64,000 nucleotides of DNA, from positions 310,001-374,000 of the forward strand of contig RSEE01000051.1 in the NCBI GenBank assembly GCA_003971905.1, given 5' to 3'. Positions 1-12,399 of this stretch are shown here, one piece after another. Origin of the DNA: Moniliella sp. 'wahieum'. Lineage: Eukaryota. The translations under genes and the position numbers were made by a program. The notes below the pieces were generated by a model, which did no database searches, was not told where the DNA came from, and saw only the letters and a list, made by a program, of their open reading frames with translations. How positions within the stretch are numbered: position 1 is the stretch's first letter; each line of letters opens with the position of its first letter.

Positions 1-3000
1 GGCGCAACAAGGCCTTGTGCGCTTCTTGCAGTTGTAGTTCACGAGCGTGCATGTCCCGTCGCTTGGAGAGCTCACTCGCCCCGCTTTGGGCACGCGCACG
101 CCCCCCGCCACTGGAGCGAAGAGGGTTGGGTGCTTGGACGCTTCCTTCGGCGGAGGTACGGCGGGCTGCTACGGTCTTTTGATCGGAGGACACTTCCATC
201 CTCAAGAGCGGAGAGGGACGGTGCATGTCCACTGCACTGCTGGACCTAGAGGGGGGAAGGATACGTCCCCCCTTGGCCAAGGGTGTGCCCTGTGCCCGAC
301 GCTGTGGGCTCGGGGAGGTGCGGCCAGTCGAGGTGGATCCTGGGACAGACAGAGGTGTCAGGGAACTATCCTTCGCTGGCCAGAGCGTTGACAGCGGCCG
401 TTCTTCCTCCGAATCTGACTCACTCGCCGCTTCGGGCACGATGGCAAATTCGGGCACAGCCTCGCTCCTACGGCGCGGCAAGCTAGGCATCCCCAGTGCC
501 GGCGCGATAGGTGCGACTGGCAAGGAGGTGGAACGGGGAACGTAAGGTCGCATCAACGTCTTTTCTTCCTCTTCCCCTTCCTCGACATGCTCCAACGATA
601 AGGGCGATCGTTTGAGCGGCGTGGAGGACCGAGTGAGCCTGTCCATTGACAAAGAGCGAGGTGGAGTGGGAGTGTGCGCCCCAGTGCCAGGTATAAGCGA
701 GTGCGTCGATTGGCGCCGATTGGCCATGGTGATCGTCACATCGGCCCCTCGTCTTCCCCGCCGGGTGACACGGTCAGGGGCAGCCAAGGCGCTGAACGGC
801 GCCTGGAGTTGACCGATCCTACCGTGGCCATTGACAGGGTCGACTGGCGCTTGGCCGAGGCAGAGAGGAAAGGAAGCGAATCCTGTTCCGCCCGGGCCCA
901 GTCCCGGTAGTAAGGGAGGCAACGTGGCTGAACCGGCGATAACGGAAGGGCGAGTCAGATGCGGTGGAGGGTAGAACAGTAGAAACGGACGTTGTCGTCC
1001 GGGTTGCCTCGACCGTGCAGCAGGGGCAGAGGGCTCTTGCTCACGTCCTTGGCTCGTTGTAGCAACGAGGGCCTGCATCCGTGGGCTGAAGGACAAGGGC
1101 TGCATACCTTGTCTCGCGCTGACAGAGGGGTGTAAGGTCCGTCTCGTTTGGCTCCACGACCCATTCGCAGCACCGCTCTTTAAACCTGGGACGCGCTGCC
1201 CACCGTGCCAAGCCATGCGATGGGCTAAGGACTTGGCTGTTGGGCTGGACGACCAGAGGTGAGACCAGTGCTTCAGCCCGAGCCGTCTGGCCTGCCCGAC
1301 CGGCCAAACTCACCACGGATGGAGGAACAAGGTTCTGACCGTACCGCTTTTCGAGCGGGACAAGCTCCTGGACTTGAAATGAGGAAGTAGATGTCTTGTC
1401 TGAGTTCAAGAGGCGCACAAGGATCAAAGAACGGCCGAGGGCCGCACGGAGATGACGTGCAGCACCGTAGGTGCTCTCATGGGCATGGACAGCATGAGAC
1501 AAGTTCATACTCCTCGGAAACGTCAAGTCGGTCACCAGTCCCTTATTGACAGTCTGAGTGGCGGTAACGAGGAGCGCTTGTACATCCGGGCTCAGTGTTC
1601 CAGCTGGGGATACCATAGCGGCCAAAACAGTGGACCCGATGCTACGAGTACTTCGGGACCAGGACTTGCTGCACTAGGGTCCTCCGCCACCAACATAGCC
1701 TCTTTGAGGGCAACGGCGATGCGAGGCTGGAGCTTGAGTAAAGTGCAGTTGTACAACGCCCTTTTTGTTCCCGAGTCGAGCATGGCCAGTGCGTCGGGGA
1801 TAACAGGGGGGAACTTGATGAATAGATGGTACTTTTCCTGCGTTCTGCGCTGGATGAAAGGATAGGCGATCGGGCCTTTTTGAATGCAACTGCAGAAGCC
1901 AAGGTAGAGAGGCGTGGGATCTTGATGCCGAGAGAAGCACGGGAGCTGTGGGGGCGCTCGAAGTGTTGAAGGCCGGCTCAATGGTCGTATCCGACAGCAA
2001 CGACGATGTGGAGGATAGGACAGTGGATCGCTTTGACGTAGACAAGGTACCACTGGCGTCTGGAATGGTGGGAGGGTATTGGTCCTTAGCCATGTCGTTC
2101 ACGAGGAAGTTGGGTGAGACCGACGCCGAGACTGAAGCAACCGGGGGGGGGATGACCTCCTGTTGAGTCCCGAGCGACGGAGACGCGGCCAAACGGACGG
2201 GTCGGTTCACAAGATCGGTACCAGACCCTAGGGAAGGCGTCAGCTCTGGCGGAGGTGCCAATAACTTCCAAGGAGCAAAGGCAGGTTGGCCGGGCGTCAG
2301 GCCAGGCTCCAAGTTGAGTGCGTCGGCAAGGAAATCAGGCACAGGGAGAGGGGGAGGCTGTGAGGAGCTTGGCAAAGTCGACGAAACCGTGGGGGAATGT
2401 CTACGCAAACCCGTGTCCCTGTTTGGTTTCATCGGGGTACGCAATGATGCATGGGGGGCCGGTGCCAATTCTTCCTTAATGGCAGGCGGCAATCCGAATT
2501 GAGATGTTGCGGCGGGGGTGATCTGTGCGCAAGTACATGTCAGTGGATGTATTTTCAACAAGCAATCAATAGGTGAAAAGCACATACGGTATGGACTTGG
2601 CCCTGGGCATTGACAACCTGACCCGGCGAAAGGTCAAGACCGTCAAGGGGGGCAGCAACAGTCAAGTATGTGGAACGGCTCGGTACCATCATCGGCGCGG
2701 ACGCTGTTGGAGGCAATGGCGGGGGGCACAGATCGTGCGAAGAGAAAGAAGTACGCTCAGTATCGGGTGACGGATCATTGGTGGTCGTGGGGAACGAAGC
2801 TAAGCTAGATGAGGGGGAGGCGGTGTACCCCCTGCGGGTTGAAGTGAGGGCTGGGTAAGTCTAAGGGACTCGATTCGCGCGACAATCCAGCCACCACATC
2901 TGGCAAGATTGGGGTGAACGTATCCGACCCCACAGGAGCAGCCGCTGACGTTTCCCGACCTGGCGCGGTGGCTGGAGGGAGAGTAGAGTGCTTTTTGAGC

Positions 3001-3733
3001 AGGCCGAGGGACCCTGAACGGAGCTTGGTCCATCGCTTCTCCTTGCGAGTCACCATTTTGTCCGTCTCATACGGGGCGGTGGGCTGGGTCTCCACGGGTG
3101 AAGGCACGGGCGACGCCATCTGGGCGTCAGTCACGGGGGAAGGTGGTGCGGTGACGGACAGGTTGGAGCAGGAACAAGGGTCGGAGAGGGATAACAGAGA
3201 GGGGGAGCTGGTGCCGGTGCTGGAGGGGGCGTGTCGGAGCCAAGGGGCATGGGGCGGGACAAGGGAGGTGTCAGAGTTGAATGCAGGAGGGCATTCACTG
3301 TGCGCCGCCACCTGGAGGGGTCGGAGGGACGCTGGGGCCGAGTCGAGCTGGGCTGTGCTGCTGCTGCCCGAGGGCGGTGGGTAGTCTGGGCTGGCCGAGG
3401 GAAGCTGAGGGGTGGAGGCGGAGGTGGTGGGGAGGGCGGAAGAGGGGGGGAGAAGGCCAGGCTGGGAGCAGGCGGCAGGGGGGAGATGTGGGGTTGCGGT
3501 CGGGGTTTCCGCGGAGGGGTTGAGGCGGGCGGCGGCGCGGGAAAAGAAGCCGCGAGCGCGTCCAAAAGCGGAGGAGGAGGAGGAGGAGGGGAGGAGGAGT
3601 GGCGCGAGAGGGCATGTCGGAGCAGCGGCGCCAAGACAGGCGCACACACGGCGTGGGACAGAGGCAGAGGAGGGGCCGGAGGAGGTGGTGGGGGGGCGGT
3701 GGCGGCGGTGCTGGAGGTAGATGCGGCTGGCAT
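1..3733 (-). CDS. Long Pro/Ser-rich hypothetical protein; runs off the window start; reconstructed across several frameshifts
   Basis: ATG at 3733 (MPAASTSSTAATAPPPPP). Overlapping minus-strand ORFs 2805-3647, 1674-2585, 1592-2053 and 1041-1625 chain together. Intron 2587-2523 (GTATGT...CTGAC...ACAG). A more ordered segment contains GLARWAARPRFKERCCEW. No recognisable domain. Confidence 0.6.
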
Positions 3734-4159
3734 TGCGTCATCGATGAGCGCAAGGGCAATCCATACGCCAAGGGGAGCTGTGCCGGCTGGGGTGCGTTGC
3801 GCCTTGGCTTTGGCTGTGGCTGCTTTGCCCCGCCACATGCGTCTGGGTGGAGGAGCACCCTGGCTAGACACCACACTATCCCGCCCGCTGCCCGGCAACG
3901 CTGTGTGCTGCGGGCCGCAGGCAGAGGTATACGCAGTACTAGGTACTACGCAGTGCGCATGCGTCCGTAGGGTTGGCGCTTGGACGGCTTTTCGTCGTAC
4001 CTCAGTACGCGTGCGCTGCGCTCGAGCGTGGGTCTCAGACTGGGATCTTAGATCGCAGATCGGAGACGCGATCTACACTGCTCCTCCGTCGTCCCATCCA
4101 CCACAGCGCCCCACTGCCCCCACCCGCCGAGAGGATGCGCCGCAGCGTGCCATTCTGTC

Positions 4160-4640
4160 ATTCGAAGCTTCAAGCTTCACGAGCTTCAGCTTCACGCTTC
4201 ACACCCATCCTACTTCAAGCTTGAACTTCAAGCTTCACTCGCTTCACTTCAAACGCCGCAAGCTCAAGCCAACCAAGCCTCCTGTCCTCAGCCTCGCATG
4301 CTCAGTCTCTTGGGTACTCCACTGCTCAGTTCATTAATCATTGCATGTTAGGCTCAGGCGCTCAGGCTTACAGTACTACACGCCTCAGGCACTCAGGACT
4401 CGGATTACTCAGCACACTCGGTTTTTTACTCAGCTCAGGCGCTCGCGCTGCTCGGGCTCTGCAGGCTCCCAGGCTGAGCACACAGGTTCAATGATTAATG
4501 AACGTTGAACGCCACTGCAACGTGCTCCGAAGACTCAAAGCGCCACCTGAACTCAGCTGCATTCTGACAGGGCGTGATAATAGCAGCGCACAGGCTGAGC
4601 GCCGGCATTGAACGTTGAACGTTGAACGCGTTCAACCTCG
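4160..4640. repeat. Consecutive blocks of reiterated short words (CTTCA/AAGCTT, then CTCAG, then GTTGAAC/AACGTT)
   Basis: Directly visible, e.g. ttcgaagcttcaagcttcacgagcttcagcttcac; ctcaggcgctcagg...actcagcacactcgg; ttgaacgttgaacgttgaacg. Confidence 0.8.
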
Positions 4641-5205
4641 CAACCGCACAGTCGCCACCATGTCCACACCGGCCACCCCACATCTACCAACGCTCTCCTT
4701 CCAACTTCAGTAGCTGTTCAACTATATAGCGGTAACATACCACTCTATCTTCAGTAATTGTGTGCTCGTATATCTGCCGCCGAGTTCGCATCCATCCACA
4801 TCCATCCCAGTGCCCTTGTGAAGCCTATAACCGAAGTACGTAAGTAAGTACTATGGCGCGACGGACCAGTCACGTACTGACATGTACTCCTCCGAGTCGA
4901 CACGAGCCCAACGCTGCGCTCTAATGCCACCGTTGTCGCGTTGTCCCACCGGATCTCCAATGGTAATTGGGAATTCTCAGGAATGCATTTTGAGTGTGGT
5001 CTTTGGAATCGCTCGCATATTTGTCAAGCTTCAAAAGGTCAATCAGTCATTGTCAGTGTAGCCGGTCGACTGACAATGGCTGCCATTAAAAAAAGAAAAG
5101 AACGTACTGCGCAATTCCGTAGCATTTGCAAAAGTTGGTGCTGTAGTAGGCACATCAACGCATCCACAACTCCTGCTGCCGCCGGGTTCGCTTCCAAAAA
5201 GCACG

Positions 5206-5356
5206 CGTTCCATGTTGGGCTCGAACCAACGACCTCCCGATTATCACAAGGCCGACCCGTCATTCGAGCCAGGCATCCCACTCCCGGTGCCGGGAGAGAT
5301 ATAGGAGGTACTGGATTAACAGTCGGACGCTCTACTACCAACTGAGCTAATAGAAC
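5206..5356 (-). tRNA. tRNA-Asn(GTT) with a ~75-nt intron after position 37
   Basis: Reverse complement: GTTCTAT-TA-GCTC-AGTTGGTAGTA-GAGC-G-TCCGA-CTGTTA[intron]A-TCGGG-AGGTC-GTTGG-TTCGAGC-CCAAC-ATGGAAC-G. All four stems pair. T5 Pol III terminator at 5200-5196. Confidence 0.92.
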
Positions 5357-5629
5357 TTGTTCGTACCTGGCAAAGCAACCGGCAAAACTGGCACCTGAAG
5401 ATAGATAGACGATCCTCTCCGCAGTATTGAGTGCGCGTAAACCCAGGCACGTGTGGCCAACAACACTGCCTTTCTTTTGTTGTGCGCCGCGTTATTGGTT
5501 AGGGTACGTGATTTACAATTGGCCTGTCCGGTTTATATATAGTACGACCCGCGCGATCTGTTTGCGGCATTGTAAGACACCAGCGCGCCGCGCCCGGGCT
5601 GGCTTTTGATGTTATGGCTGCTGTGGCAT

Positions 5630-5825
5630 GTGGCCTGAGATTCTAAGATCCTCGATCCCCGAGGCCTGAGGCCTGCGGTCGAGGATATATCCTGGGCCTG
5701 ATCCTGAGAGGCTGAGGCCCTCAGCTTGAGGCCCGAAGCACACTGGCCTGCACTGGCTCAACAGGCTGGCCACACCAGGGCATCCAATATTCATCGATCA
5801 TCGATCATCGATCATCGATCATCCG
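5630..5825. repeat. CCTGAG/AGGCCT word block followed by (ATCGATC)4 tandem repeat
   Basis: gaggcctgaggcctg...cctgagaggctgaggccctcagc; tcatcgatcatcgatcatcgatcatcgatcatc. Confidence 0.8.
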
Positions 5826-7857
5826 CAATTGCGCGTTCTGAAAAGGTCAAGTATATTTCGCCACACTGCGACGTGCAACAGTAGCGGCACTCTTCTCAAC
5901 ACTACTACATCGTGCATACTAGCTACCTGCAAGCTGTACGCCCGATGGGCTCGATGAGCGAGTCTGGTAGGCGCAGCACGCAGACGGGCATTACGCATTA
6001 TGTTTCCTCGCCCCCTATCTATGTTTTGCAACGATGCTATTATATGAATACAACCGACAGTCCAAAACACATTAGTACCTATTACTGCGGTGTAGCAGCA
6101 ACAGCCACTATAGTCCATCCGAAGAACGGTGTGCTGTGCTTTTCCCGCGGAGATTCTGTTGAAGCTGTAGAAGCTTGAAAACCTTGAATGTGTCAATATC
6201 AATGCGTTGTGTATATCTGTCTCGTCTCGCTAGGCTCAGGGATCTGTGACGCTTTACAGGGCCCTCTTTTGCAGCTTCTGTGCATATTTGCACCCGTGGA
6301 GGCACTGGTATACTTGGTTGGCCACACTTCCACACTTTTTTGTATGACCCAATCAGTCTCGTCTTTAACATGCACTCAAACATCTTGCAAGCAAAAGTGG
6401 GTGTTCTTCTACCATACAGCATAGGCAGTTGAGTTAGCGTGACCACACGACAGAGGTCTTCTGTATCAAAAACGTTCATCAACTGTCAAATGATGTGAAG
6501 TGTGACATGTGAAGCTGAAGGTTGAAGCTTGTGAAGATTCGTAGTTGTTGAGGTAGCGCTTATAGCCCCCGTCTCCAACACATTAAAACGCATTATAGGG
6601 CAGCACGTTTTGAGCATGTCCTTTTGACATGGGAGAGCGACACTTTTCAGCGCGTTTCATGGATCTCGTCCGCGTGTTTCCTATTGCCCCACTTCTATAT
6701 CAGTATGTATATCAGTATGGCGGTAATATTTGACAGTGAAGCTTGAAGCGTGTGCGTGAGGAACGCTTGAGCTGCCAGATATATCCCCTCTTCGTGTAGT
6801 AGTCCCATCCCGTAGAGGGCGGACCTTTTGCATCCGTCCGGAATGAGTGTCGTTTTATACATCCCTCTTGCTCGCCTTCTGCCACGTGAACAAGAACGAG
6901 GTGGATCCTTTCATCTCTTGTGCATTTTCCGGCCTATATTATTGGTTGGTACTTACATGTTACATCGTATGCATCCAGATCGACACCGTTTTGAGATATC
7001 AATCAACCAAATGCAGTGGGGTAGTATTTTTGTCAACGGTGTTGCCTCAGTCCAGTTCGGCATGTTAGCCTGTGAGATAGAGAACACGACATGTGCTCAC
7101 AGCCAAAATCCAATTCACTTTTCATCATCTGGTCCGCATGTTTCTTCTTCGGTCCAGACCGTCCATACGTTTGTGTCAGTCACATCTGTTGCTCTCCAGT
7201 CTCCTGTTGACTCAACATACTAATAATGGGCAACTTGGATAGATTATAACGGAAGTGCCCCCACGGATGGAAACCTATTACACAGTAGAAGTTATATTAG
7301 TAGACTGCGAGAGTGATGAATTGATCCTAACAAAAGATCATCTCAGCTGTGGAACAAAGGCTCCTGGCCATTACTGTCAAAAAACAAGCAATTTCTTTCT
7401 CTCTAATATCCTTCTGTCTAGGTTCAAACGGATAGCACCTTTCCGTCTCGCTACCACTACATAACTGCCGTATAGGCGCCACGCCGCAGAAAAACCACAT
7501 GCCATGAACAGGATAGACTCTACTGTCGAGCATTGCTTCCGTATCTTTTCCCCGGGCGGAGTTCTCTCGGTTTACCACAGTCGAACTACGTGCTCTCATT
7601 TCTCCAACTAACTCGAAAAAAAAATGCATACCTGAGAGAGGCAGACTGGGAGAATGGGAATGGACGAATTGTTCGGTGAATCAGAATGATATATGACCAC
7701 GTCTCAAACGCGTGTTGATCATAGAGTGTCGGCGCTTCAGGAGAAGTTTGTCCTACCTTGAACGAAGGCGATGATCCCAAGAGAACAGGGAAACTCAATG
7801 GATTGCCTCAACATCCAATAGCAGAAGACAAAATGGTCAATCACAACAGGCGCGCAT

Positions 7858-8275
7858 TTAAGCGCTCTTGCTCTTGTGGTGCTTGTCCTTGTGCTCCTTA
7901 GACTTGTGCTCCTTGGACTTGTGCTCCTTAGACTTGTGCTCCTTGGACTTGTGGTCTTCCGCACGCTTGCTGGCCGTCGGCTTGGCAGCCTTGGACTTGT
8001 GGTGCTTGGTCTTGTGTTCCTTGGTCTTGTGCTCCTTGGACTTGTGGTGCTTACGCGCCTCCAGTTCCGGGGCAGCAACCCCAAATTCACGCTCCTGCAA
8101 GTTCTGGTTGCCAGAAACGTCCACCGCACGTTCAGCAACGGGCACGTTGTTCACGGAGAGTGCCTCTGCAGCGAGAGAGTTTGGGTCAGCCGCGCTACAA
8201 TCAAAATCGGAGTTGCTTGTACTCACGAGCACATGCGGCAGAGACCGCGAGGACAGCGAGAAGGGAGAAACGCAT
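7858..8275 (-). CDS. Small secreted His/Lys-rich repeat protein (118 aa), likely Kex2-processed peptide precursor
   Basis: Exon 1 8275-8227, intron 8226-8166 (GTGAGT...GCTGAC...GCAG), exon 2 8165-7858. Gives MRFSLLAVLAVSAACAQALSVNNVPVAERAVDVSGNQNLQEREFGVAAPELEARKHHKSKEHKTKEHKTKHHKSKAAKPTASKRAEDHKSKEHKSKEHKSKEHKSKEHKDKHHKSKSA*. Signal-peptide-like N-terminus; 15-bp coding repeat GAGCACAAGTCCAAG. Confidence 0.85.
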
Positions 8276-8372
8276 GTTGGTAGCGAGAAGTTGTACGTGA
8301 AGGGAGGAAGGGTGGCGCTGGAAGTGAGGAGGGTTGAGGGTGGGGGGTGAAGAGAAGGAGCATGAGGGGAGA

Positions 8373-8379
8373 TTATATA
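8373..8379 (-). promoter_or_regulatory. Candidate TATA box of the secreted repeat-protein gene
   Basis: TATATAA on the minus strand ~100 bp upstream of the ATG at 8275, followed by a pyrimidine-rich leader. Confidence 0.5.
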
Positions 8380-9622
8380 CCCGTTAGATCTCCGGTATGG
8401 GCAGCGGGTGTACGCATGGATTGGGGGCTGCGATTGTGCCAGGGGGGTCAAATGGGCAGCAGGCCACAGTTTCTCACCCGCGCGTTCCATTGAGGGACTT
8501 GGGAACCCCCTGCCACCAGTCACTCCCACGGCTTCTCGGCTCTCGTATCGGCAGACTTGTTGAGTAAGAGTAGGCTATAGCCCGCCATCGGACTTCGGCG
8601 TCGTCCGCATTCAGCCCCACATTTTTGGCTCCGACGCGCAGCGGCTCACAGTGGCTCAGCGTTGCGGCACAGCAGTGGTGTGGTCCTATGCGCTTAGCGC
8701 TTACCGGTTACCATTTAACGTTTAACGTTATTACGCGCTACCTCCCAACCGGAGCGAGCGATCCAAGATTCCAGAACACGCACACAGGCCCTGTGCCAAC
8801 CTGTCACGGCAAATCGAGTCGTTCGCGCTCGCCGCTCGGGACCAGTGTTGGTAAACAAGAGAGCTCTGAGCGCTCTGAGCTCTGAGCCTCAGCAGACGTT
8901 CGCGCTCGGTCACATTCTACACTGGCACCGTGCCTTGCATATTGTATGACCGAGAGCAGTTCATGATGTTCTTCGCTCTGGTCCGTGTGCCGCGGACTGC
9001 GAGCTCCGGGTGGCCATTCGCGCTCGTTCTAGACCACGGCGCAAAACGGCTCGTGATTCGCGTGATTACCTCGATTACCCCCACACGGTGTTCCTGTGTT
9101 CCTTTGTACCTTTGTGCACGAGCCACGTGGGTCGGGAGCGCAGGGCAGAACGTGTGGAGGGTAACAGAACAGCCCATCCTGTCCTTCTGCGGCGTCCACA
9201 AGCTCCATGCTTCCCACGACCCCCCCCCAATTAATTAATCAAACGTTTCCTGTTTAATCTGAGATCTGATCCGAATCGCCACCGAAACGGGAGCGTCGGC
9301 AAACGTTTTGCTCCTGAGAGCTTTTGATGACAACATATCACATGGAAAGAGCGCGAGGCTATACGCAGTACAGGAAAGCACGCTATGGCTCGTACGCGTG
9401 ATGCGCGTGATGCGGCTCTCAACTGACTCCCTCAGGCAAAAGCATGACATATATACCAACGGAGCGACGGGTTAACGTATCAACACTAAGGCAAGGTGCC
9501 GGTGACATACAGTCATTGTGACGAGAACGTGCGCGACGAAGGCGTTGAGGACGACGATAAGACGCTAGGAAGGCAACGTGGAGGATCGCGGGCGAACGGG
9601 GGCGGAGCAGAAAGATATGCTC

Positions 9623-12352
9623 TTACGCTGCAATCTCGAACAGCAGGTCGGACTGCGAGACCGAGTCATTCGGCTCGACGAGGATACGCTTGACCTTACC
9701 AGAGACGGGGGAAAACGACAGTTTCCATCTTCATTGCGCTCAGCACAGCCAAGGGGTCACCTGCCTTGACCTGGTGCCCCACCTGGGCGCGCACCTCAAC
9801 CACCACAGCGGCCAGGGGGGAGCCCACCTGGCCCCTCGCCAGGCTTGGCTCGCTCACGGTGCACTGCCTCCACAGCCGCACTCTTGTCTTCCACAATGAT
9901 CGAGCGCGGTTCGGCATTCAGTTCAAAGAACACCTCACGCGTGCCACGCTCCGAGTTGACTGCACCCACAGCCAAAAGCTTGATGATGAGCAGCTTGCCA
10001 CGGTCAATGTAGGCGTGAATCTCTTCACCGACAGGGCTTTGCTGAGGAAGTAGCGGGTGGGAGATGCGAAAGGTCACCGTATTTGGCCAAAAAGTCTTGC
10101 AGGTCCTCAAGACCTTGGGGTACATGGCGTAGCTAATGGCGTCGGCCGTAGTGATCGTCTTGCCATACTTTTTGGTCAGGTCCTTCTTGATCTGACGTAA
10201 CTCGATCGGAGCCATCGTGGCTCCGGGGCGCCCCTCAATCTTGGGTTTGCCACGCAAGATCTTGGTCCGCAGCGGCTCAGGGAAGCCACCGGGGGGAACG
10301 CCAAGGTAGCCTTGGAAGTACTCAATGACTGAGCTAGGGAAATCGAGCTTGTCGGCACGCTCTTCCACTTCGGCCGCCGTCAACTTATTGGCCACAAGGA
10401 ACTGGGCAAAGTCACCAACAACCTTCGACGATGGAGTGACCTTGACAATATCACCACAGAGCTTGTTGGCTACAATGTAGGCCTTCTTAATTTCGCTCCA
10501 CTGACTTCCGAGACCAAGGGACATGGACTGGAACATGAGGTTGGTGTACTGTCCACCCGGCATCTCATGGTCAAACACGGACGAATCCGACGCTTTGACT
10601 TCCTGCTCAAAGCATTGGTACAGCTGACGAACCGAAGTCCAGTACAGGTTGAGGGCCATGATGTCTTCGTGACGAATACCGGGACCAAGACCCGTCTGCT
10701 CGAGAGCGGCCACAAGCGCGCCCATCGACGGCTGGGACGTAAGGCCCGACATGGAATCGATTGCCACGTCCACCACATCGGCGCCAGCCTCGGCAGCAGC
10801 GAGCATCGAGCTGAGCGCGATACCTGCCGTATCGTGAGAGTGAACGTGAATGGGGAGGTCTGGGTACTTCTTCCGAATCGAGCCGATCAAGAGACGAGCC
10901 GCAGCGGGTTTCAGAAGACCAGCCATGTCCTTGACACCGAGGATGTGGATGCCTGTCTTGACCAGCTCGTCGACCAGGTTCATGTAGTATTCCAGAGTGT
11001 ACTTCGGGTGCGCCTTCGGGTTGGCAACATCGCCAGTGTAGCACACCGTTCCCTCTGCCACACCACCTGCCTGCTTGGCAGCATCAATGCCCAGGCGCAG
11101 ACTGCCCAAATCGTTGAGCGAGTCAAAGACACGGAAGATGTCAAGACCATTCTCCACTGCCTTCTTGCTAAATTCGTAGATCAGGTTGTCCGGGTAAGAT
11201 GTGTACCCCACAGCGTTGGCTCCACGGACAAGTGCCTGGAAGGGAATGTTGGGAACAAGCTTGCGCAATTTGCGCAGTCGCTCCCACGGATCTTCGTAAA
11301 GGAACCGCATCGCCACGTCAAACGTAGCCCCGCCCCCACTCAAGAGAAAACGCATTCTTCAGCGCATACGAGGTGGTCTTGGCAATGTTGGTCATCTCGA
11401 TCGTACGCAGCCGAGTAGCAAGAAGGGACTGGTGGGCGTCACGCCACGTCGTGTCCATGATGAGGGTGCCCTTGTACGCCCGCACAGCCTTGGCAAATGC
11501 TTCAGGCCCTTCGTGGAGAAGGATGGAGCGCCAGCCCTCCTGGCATGGGACCGCCGTGTCAATGGCCTTGGTCGGATCAGACGGGTCGTTCAGGCGAGGG
11601 ATCTCAATGTCCGTCTTGAGCCCGGGCTCGCCCATCTGACCTTGGATGTGAGATCCATTGACGGCCATGTCACCCAGGTAAGCCAGAAGCTTCTGGGCCC
11701 GGTTCTGACTTGGAACGAGGTTAAACAGTTCAGGCGTGTCGTCAATCATGGTCGTCCAGGTGTTGGCCGAAGCAAAGGCATCATGGGTGATGAGACGAAC
11801 GAGGAAGGGGACGTTGGTCTTGACCCCACGGATGCGGAACTCGACGAGTGCACGCAGCATTTTACGTCGCGTCACCTCGTACGTCGCACCGCGGCACGTA
11901 ACCTTGACTAACAGCGAATCGTAGTGGGGCGTGATTTGCGCACCGGCAAAGCCGCTGCTGGCATCCAGCCGCACACCATTCCCGCCGGCCGAACGGTAAA
12001 CCTCAATCTTCCCCGTGTCGGGCTGGAAGTTGTGGGTTGGGTCTTCCGTAGTGATGCGACACTGGATGGCAGAGCCACGCTTCTGGATTGTCTGCTGGGT
12101 CAAGCCCAGATCGTCCAGCGTCGCGCCCGCCGCAATTTGGATCTGAGCACCAACAATGTCAATACCTGTGATTTCCTCAGTGATTGTGTGTTCGACTTGA
12201 AGACGCGGGTTGATTTCGATAAAGTAGTGGCGGTTTTGTTGGTCAACCAAAAACTCTGCTGTGCCTGCGTTGCGGTAGCCGGCCACCTTGGCAAGCTTGA
12301 CCCGTCGTTCAACAGAGCTTGACGAACTGTGTCGTTCAGGTTGGAAGCGGGA
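9623..12352 (-). CDS. PYC: Pyruvate carboxylase lacking the N-terminal part of the biotin carboxylase domain
   Basis: YRNAGTAEFLVDQQNRHYFIEINPRLQVEHT (BC C-terminal half); DTTWRDAHQSLLATR and HVHSHDT (carboxyltransferase); LSAMKMETV (biotinyl-Lys); ends LLFEIAA* at TAA 9625-9623. Homology stops abruptly at PASNLNDTVRQALLND (~12352). Several small frameshifts. Confidence 0.93.
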
Positions 12353-12399
12353 AGGGACACACCAACGAAAGAGGAGACGAGGGCCGCACACATCTCAGC

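Noticed and set aside
7870..8050. 15-bp repeats as a CRISPR-like array
   Set aside because: No spacers; in-frame coding repeats in a eukaryotic gene
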